64,000 nucleotides of DNA from Nitrospirota bacterium (GTDB lineage: Bacteria; Nitrospirota; Thermodesulfovibrionia; Thermodesulfovibrionales; Dissulfurispiraceae). The position numbers and the translations under genes were made by a program. Of this stretch, positions 59,393-64,000 are shown in pieces. Where the stretch lies: NCBI GenBank assembly GCA_963790025.1, contig CAWBMP010000004.1, positions 1,344,001-1,408,000 of the forward strand, given 5' to 3'. The notes under the pieces were generated by a model, which was not told the origin of the DNA, made no database searches, and worked only from the letters and a program-made list of their open reading frames with translations. Within the stretch, counting starts at the first letter, position 1, and every line of letters begins with the position of its first letter.

Positions 59393-60754
59393 CTATAGTC
59401 CCAATAAATCCATATTGATTTCTTTTTTGACCACTACAGGCGTCACGGTCCTAGTCAGGATATCCTGTGTACCGGGAATCCTGAGCTTCTCAAACAACAA
59501 TCCGAACTTGTCCTCCAATTCCTTCATTATAGGGTCTTTTACGTCAGACGGCAAATCCCACCATTGCTTTTTTATAGGGCCAAATCCCTTCTTCCGCGTA
59601 CTATAGATAAACTGCTCCTCGGTCTGGCCTTCCTTTCTTTCTTTTGCGAATTCCTTGGATATCAAGTCATAGGCATCTTTTCTGAACTCACCGGGAAGAC
59701 GGGGACTGTCATACACAATATTCTGGAAGCCGGTGGCGAGATGCACCTCTGAAGTAGTGGTCTCGGGGAACATATGGAATGCCTCTTCCGGGAGCGTAGA
59801 GGCGCCATGCTGCACGCACCCTGAAAGACCGTAGTCTTTACGCGCCAGTCCCGACAGTATCTTCAAAGTTTCGAAGTCTATTTTCACCGTTGCCAGTGTG
59901 CCGTCCGGCAGCACTACACCGCCGTGGGTCGTGCCTGTCTGGACACTGAGTTTGCTCAGCCCTTTGCCGCCCTTAAAGCTATCCATGAACCCGTCGAGAT
60001 ATGCCTTTAATTCCTCAGGGGTGCTGTTCTTGGTGCCTATTTCCCCAATTTCTCCGCCGATCGAAATATCAATCCCCGCAGGCTGCAATTGTCTTATGTA
60101 CTCCGCCAACTCAGCTGTCCGCTCGAAGTTGGGTCGCTGCTGTTCTTTTACCGTAGGCTTTGAAAGATCAACAAGTGTTGAAGTATCAATATCTATATTG
60201 TAGAATTCCGCATCGATCGCCTCGGCGATCAGGCCTTTTACATAGTTTGTCTCAAGAGCGGGGTCGCTAAGGTAGTTTTTTCTAACCAGCTGAAAATGGT
60301 CCCCCTGGATAAAAACAGGGCCCTCATGCCCTTCACTGACAGCTGCCGCCAGAACAACCGCCGAATATTCAAGAGGCCGCTGCATTGTATAGCCGATTTC
60401 TGACCTCGCGATCTCGAAGATCATGGGACCGGCTTTCAGTTCGTGTGCCTTTCTGAAAGCTGCCCTGGCAGTATCGTAAGTAAGTCCCCTTATATTCATG
60501 GCAGGGACGGTAAACCCAGGATAGCTTCTCCCCATTTCTTCATATAGGCCCTGGATGGAGGCGGGAACAGCGCCGTATGCCTTCGCGATCTCTTTGACGA
60601 GGAGAAAGATCGCTTTTTTCTTATCAGCATCCTGCTCAAAAACGGCAGCGTAAATCAGACCGTCCATCATAGAGCGGACAGCGCCTTTATCTTTTACCCT
60701 AACAGAGCCATTCTTAATGTCTATAGCGTCCATCATGCCTCGAACAGCCATCAT
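59393..60754 (-). CDS. class II fructose-bisphosphate aldolase family
   Basis: TVPAMN, QGDH, EIGEIG, GTTHGG, VQHGAS; AGGAGG RBS. Confidence 0.87.
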   Translation of the reverse strand: MMAVRGMMDAIDIKNGSVRVKDKGAVRSMMDGLIYAAVFEQDADKKKAIFLLVKEIAKAYGAVPASIQGLYEEMGRSYPGFTVPAMNIRGLTYDTARAAFRKAHELKAGPMIFEIARSEIGYTMQRPLEYSAVVLAAAVSEGHEGPVFIQGDHFQLVRKNYLSDPALETNYVKGLIAEAIDAEFYNIDIDTSTLVDLSKPTVKEQQRPNFERTAELAEYIRQLQPAGIDISIGGEIGEIGTKNSTPEELKAYLDGFMDSFKGGKGLSKLSVQTGTTHGGVVLPDGTLATVKIDFETLKILSGLARKDYGLSGCVQHGASTLPEEAFHMFPETTTSEVHLATGFQNIVYDSPRLPGEFRKDAYDLISKEFAKERKEGQTEEQFIYSTRKKGFGPIKKQWWDLPSDVKDPIMKELEDKFGLLFEKLRIPGTQDILTRTVTPVVVKKEINMDLLGL

Positions 60755-60865
60755 ATACCTCCTGCCGAAAAGTTTGCCCATATTATAGCAGATAATCATT
60801 TATCTTAAAATGACGGTTGTGTTAAAATAAACGCGGTAAAATATTGAACATGGAGTAATGTTTTT

Positions 60866-61417
60866 TTGAAGACCAATCTATGTCATTCTCTCAGCGCTGC
60901 GGCGAGAAGGAGGTCGTCCATCTTCCTCAAGCTTTTGCCGCTTTTTTTACCCTGCTGCATCGTCTTTTATTATGGTGTCGCCTTATCTTCGTTCGTTCAG
61001 GCCGACAAGGTAGTGGTCATTAAAAGCAAACGTATCTTAATGCTCCTTCAGAACGGTTCCGTCGTAAAAAAATATAAAGTTTGTCTTGGCAGGCATCCCG
61101 TGGGACAAAAAACCAGAGCAGGTGACAACAGAACTCCCGAGGGGACATATACACTCGACAGAAGGAACCCCAAAAGTAAATTTCACAGGTCCCTCCATGT
61201 GTCTTATCCAAGCCAGTCAGACAGTTTGAATGCAAGACAACTTGGAGTCTCTCCGGGCAAAGATATAATGATTCACGGGTTTCCGGACGGCTTCTCGATG
61301 GATGACCTCGGCGCGCACCCGGATTGGACAAAGGGATGCATTGCAGTCGCAAATGCCGCTATTGAAGAAATCTGGCAGTTAGTTCCCAACGGAACCCCCA
61401 TCGAAATTCTACCTTAG
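60866..61417 (+). CDS. L,D-transpeptidase (YkuD) family protein
   Basis: GDNRTPEG.Y, SYP, IMIHG...WTKGCIA; start uncertain. Confidence 0.85.
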   Translation: MKTNLCHSLSAAARRRSSIFLKLLPLFLPCCIVFYYGVALSSFVQADKVVVIKSKRILMLLQNGSVVKKYKVCLGRHPVGQKTRAGDNRTPEGTYTLDRRNPKSKFHRSLHVSYPSQSDSLNARQLGVSPGKDIMIHGFPDGFSMDDLGAHPDWTKGCIAVANAAIEEIWQLVPNGTPIEILP

Positions 61418-61453
61418 TTTGACAATCCAACTGGTAAAGCTGAATAATTAAGT

Positions 61454-62377
61454 ATGTCTGCAAGATACAATGCATTTGGGCCTTATCTCAAAAAGAAATT
61501 CGGCGCCATCGTATACAAGGTAAATGTGGATGCAGGGTTTACCTGCCCGAACAGGGACGGCACACTCGGCATAACAGGGTGCATTTACTGCAATAACAGC
61601 AGTTTCAGGCCTTCTGAATGCAAGTCCGACATACCTATCTCAAAACAGATCAAGGACGGCATCGCCTATCTTTCACACCGCTATAAGGCTGAAAAGTTCC
61701 TCGTTTATTTTCAGCCTTATACCAACACCTACGCGCCCCTGCCTGAACTCGAAAGTGCTTACAGGGAGGCCCTTGACGGACCGTCGGTGATCGGTCTCGC
61801 AATAGGCACACGACCGGACTGCATTGACAGCGATAAAATTGAACTGCTTCGCTCACTTGCCAGGGATTATTTCATCCTTGTCGAGTACGGGTTGCAATCA
61901 ATATATGACAAGTCCCTTGACTATATACAGAGGGGGCATGATTACCCGACTTTCCTTGATGCTCTGGCTTTGACCAGGGACAAAGGTATCCACATAGGCG
62001 CCCATATCATTGTGGGACTGCCCACGGAAACCAGGGAAGAGACAGTTGCCATGTCGGACGAACTGTCAGGCCTTCCTATCGGTTTTTTGAAAATTCACCA
62101 GCTTCAAGTGGTAAGGGACACCCCTCTGGCAGAGGCATATCTGAATAACCCTTTCCAAACCTTCGACTATAAAGAATACCTCGATTTTCTAGTTGACTTC
62201 ATCGAAAGGCTTTCACCAGACATTATTTTGCAGCGACTTTTCGCAACAGCGCCGGACTCTATACTGATCGCTCCAAACTGGGGCAAAAGCAGGCAGGAAA
62301 TAATCCGCGATATAGAAAAGAGGTTTACTGAAAGAAATGCTTTCCAAGGTTCTAAGTGCGCATGTTATAGGCATTGA
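61454..62377 (+). CDS. radical SAM protein, YhcC/TIGR01212 family
   Basis: [33 protein letters not shown]. Confidence 0.92.
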   Translation: MSARYNAFGPYLKKKFGAIVYKVNVDAGFTCPNRDGTLGITGCIYCNNSSFRPSECKSDIPISKQIKDGIAYLSHRYKAEKFLVYFQPYTNTYAPLPELESAYREALDGPSVIGLAIGTRPDCIDSDKIELLRSLARDYFILVEYGLQSIYDKSLDYIQRGHDYPTFLDALALTRDKGIHIGAHIIVGLPTETREETVAMSDELSGLPIGFLKIHQLQVVRDTPLAEAYLNNPFQTFDYKEYLDFLVDFIERLSPDIILQRLFATAPDSILIAPNWGKSRQEIIRDIEKRFTERNAFQGSKCACYRH

Positions 62378-63395
62378 TGCACATCTTGTTGATGTCGAAG
62401 TAGATATAACGTCAAAAGGTCTTCCCCACTTCTCGATCGTGGGGCTCCCTGATGCTGCCGTTAAGGAGAGCCGGGACAGGATAAAGGCCGCCCTGAAGAA
62501 TATCGGATTCAATTTCCCCTTAAAGCAGATAACCGTCAATTTGGCCCCTGCACACCTTAAAAAAGAGGGTTCATCCTTTGATCTGCCTATTGCCGTGGGA
62601 ATCATCGCAGCAGAAGGCGTCATTACGTCCGATTCCCTGAATAGTTTCATAGTTGCCGGGGAGCTTTCTCTTGACGGCAAAATAAAACCGATCAGGGGAG
62701 CGCTCTCCATTGCCCTTGAAGCGAAAAGGCGCGGATTAAAAGGCGTGCTTCTGCCCGGTGAAAACGCTGCTGAAGCCGCAGTTGTGGAAGGCGTCGGCAT
62801 TTATGACATGGAAAGCCTGCCCGAGGCAGCTGAGTTTCTGGGCGGCGTTTCTGAGCGGGAACCTTTTACCATCGACATATCGACCGCGATGACCGAAAGC
62901 TCCATTTATGAGGATGATTTCTCCGATGTCAAGGGCCAGGAATACGCTAAGCGGGCACTGGAAGTAGCTGCGGCCGGCTCCCATAATATCCTTATGATCG
63001 GACCTCCCGGCAGCGGCAAGACAATGCTTGCAAAACGTCTTCCCTCGATATTGCCTCCCATGACATTTGACGAGGCGCTCGAAGTCACGAAAATACACAG
63101 TATTTCAGGTCTCTTAAAAAACGGCCAATCTCTCCTCGCAACGAGAACATTCAGGGCCCCACATCATACAATTTCTGATATTGCACTAATCGGCGGCGGA
63201 CAAACCCCTCATCCCGGAGAAGTATCGCTCGCTCACCACGGTATATTATTTCTGGACGAGTTGCCGGAATTTAAAAGGAATGTGCTGGAAGTGCTGCGCC
63301 AGCCGCTCGAAAACGGTGTTGTTTCCGTGTCGAGAGTTATGGCTTCCGTGACTTATCCAGCGCAATTCGTGCTTGTTGCCGCAATGAATCCCTGA
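62337..63395 (+). pseudogene. comM: 5' part of comM (YifB Mg-chelatase-like ATPase) interrupted by an integrated element
   Basis: [33 protein letters not shown]; stops at AAMNP*, where homologues continue CPCG for ~150 aa. Confidence 0.9.
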
Positions 63396-64000
63396 ACGTT
63401 TGGACAGTTTTACAACTTTCAGATTCTAAAAGGTAATAAAAATCATAGTGTAAGGTATTTTCTGTCTGATTGTAAGTTACGCTGTATAGAATATCCCTGA
63501 TTATACTGGCTTTGGTTTTATAATCCATCTCGTCAAACAGTTTATTTAGTGTTGTCGCCTGTTTAAGAACGTATTCTCTTCCGATGTATGACATTTTCAA
63601 GTAATCCAAGTCACCTTCCAACCGTGGGATTTCTTCTTCAACCTGTTCTTTCCGAGAGTTTAAAATTTCATATTTCCCTGTAAATCCTTTTTTATCTATT
63701 GCTTTATCTGAATACAATTCGAGCAGGGTGTCTATTTTCTTATCTATTACACGCAATTCGGTTTTCAAAAGTTTCAAAGCATTCTGCTTTTGTTCTAATA
63801 CCGCACTGTCGTTCTCTCCTACTTCTTCTAATTGTTCCGGAGATATGACTATTGTTTCCAATGCGTCTTTCATTTGAAGAAGCAGGACATCTTCGTTTAT
63901 TTTGGCTTTACACTTCGAACAGCGATACCGCTGAGTTTTGGCAGATGGATAGGGCATTACATACATCTTCTGCTTACATACACCACAATTAAGAGTTCCC
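63337..64000 (-). CDS. C-terminal part of a large serine recombinase (zinc ribbon + coiled coil), runs off the window
   Basis: frame open to the window end: [12 protein letters not shown]...RYRCSKC, coiled coil with LLELY, K..II...V tail; AT-rich. Confidence 0.8.
   Translation of the reverse strand, partial: GTLNCGVCKQKMYVMPYPSAKTQRYRCSKCKAKINEDVLLLQMKDALETIVISPEQLEEVGENDSAVLEQKQNALKLLKTELRVIDKKIDTLLELYSDKAIDKKGFTGKYEILNSRKEQVEEEIPRLEGDLDYLKMSYIGREYVLKQATTLNKLFDEMDYKTKASIIRDILYSVTYNQTENTLHYDFYYLLESESCKTVQTFRDSLRQQARIALDKSRKP
63393..64000. mobile_element. end of an integrated genomic island/prophage (att junction near 63390-63395)
   Basis: abrupt GC drop, comM truncation, recombinase gene pointing into the junction. 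Confidence 0.8.

Noticed and set aside
1..64000. tRNA/rRNA genes
   Set aside because: No cloverleaf or rRNA-like sequence recognised; intergenic gaps are short and otherwise explained

Overview
Bacterial chromosome segment, most likely from a sulfate-reducing Nitrospirota (Thermodesulfovibrionia-like), inferred from the dsr gene order and the short DsrA. In order: (1) 1-18.4 kb, a near-complete anaerobic cobalamin operon (cobU-T-S-C, cbiP, cbiB, cobD, cbiA, cbiX-C fusion, cbiN-like/Q/O, cobO, cbiD, cbiET, cbiL, HD protein, cbiF, cbiG-H). (2) 18.5-23.3 kb, a hybrid kinase, NTPase, GATase-like protein and hydrolase. (3) 23.6-29.2 kb, a dsrH/E/F-like + tusA sulfur-relay operon, a ferredoxin and an FNOR-cooF-cooS CO dehydrogenase operon. 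(4) 29.3-40.7 kb, a full reductive-type dsrA-B-D-N-(HEAT protein)-C-T-M-K-J-O-P cluster. (5) 41-63.4 kb, housekeeping genes (smc, RRM, rpsU, glcD-like, kinase, hemB, HesB, lptFG, deoC, class IV aminotransferase, yraN, two pfk paralogues, pgk, aldolase). (6) comM interrupted at 63,395 by an AT-rich element whose large serine recombinase gene runs off the window. The most unusual signal is a set of palindromic and short-repeat elements sitting in frame inside proteins: a 182/188-bp TIR-bounded element in cbiA and in the cbiN-like ORF, a 61-bp tandem, and many 7/8-mer tracts. There is also an IS21-like end fused to a kinase and a shared dsrA/dsrC upstream motif. No rRNA, tRNA or CRISPR array was recognised. 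All product calls come from motif recognition by eye, with no database search.
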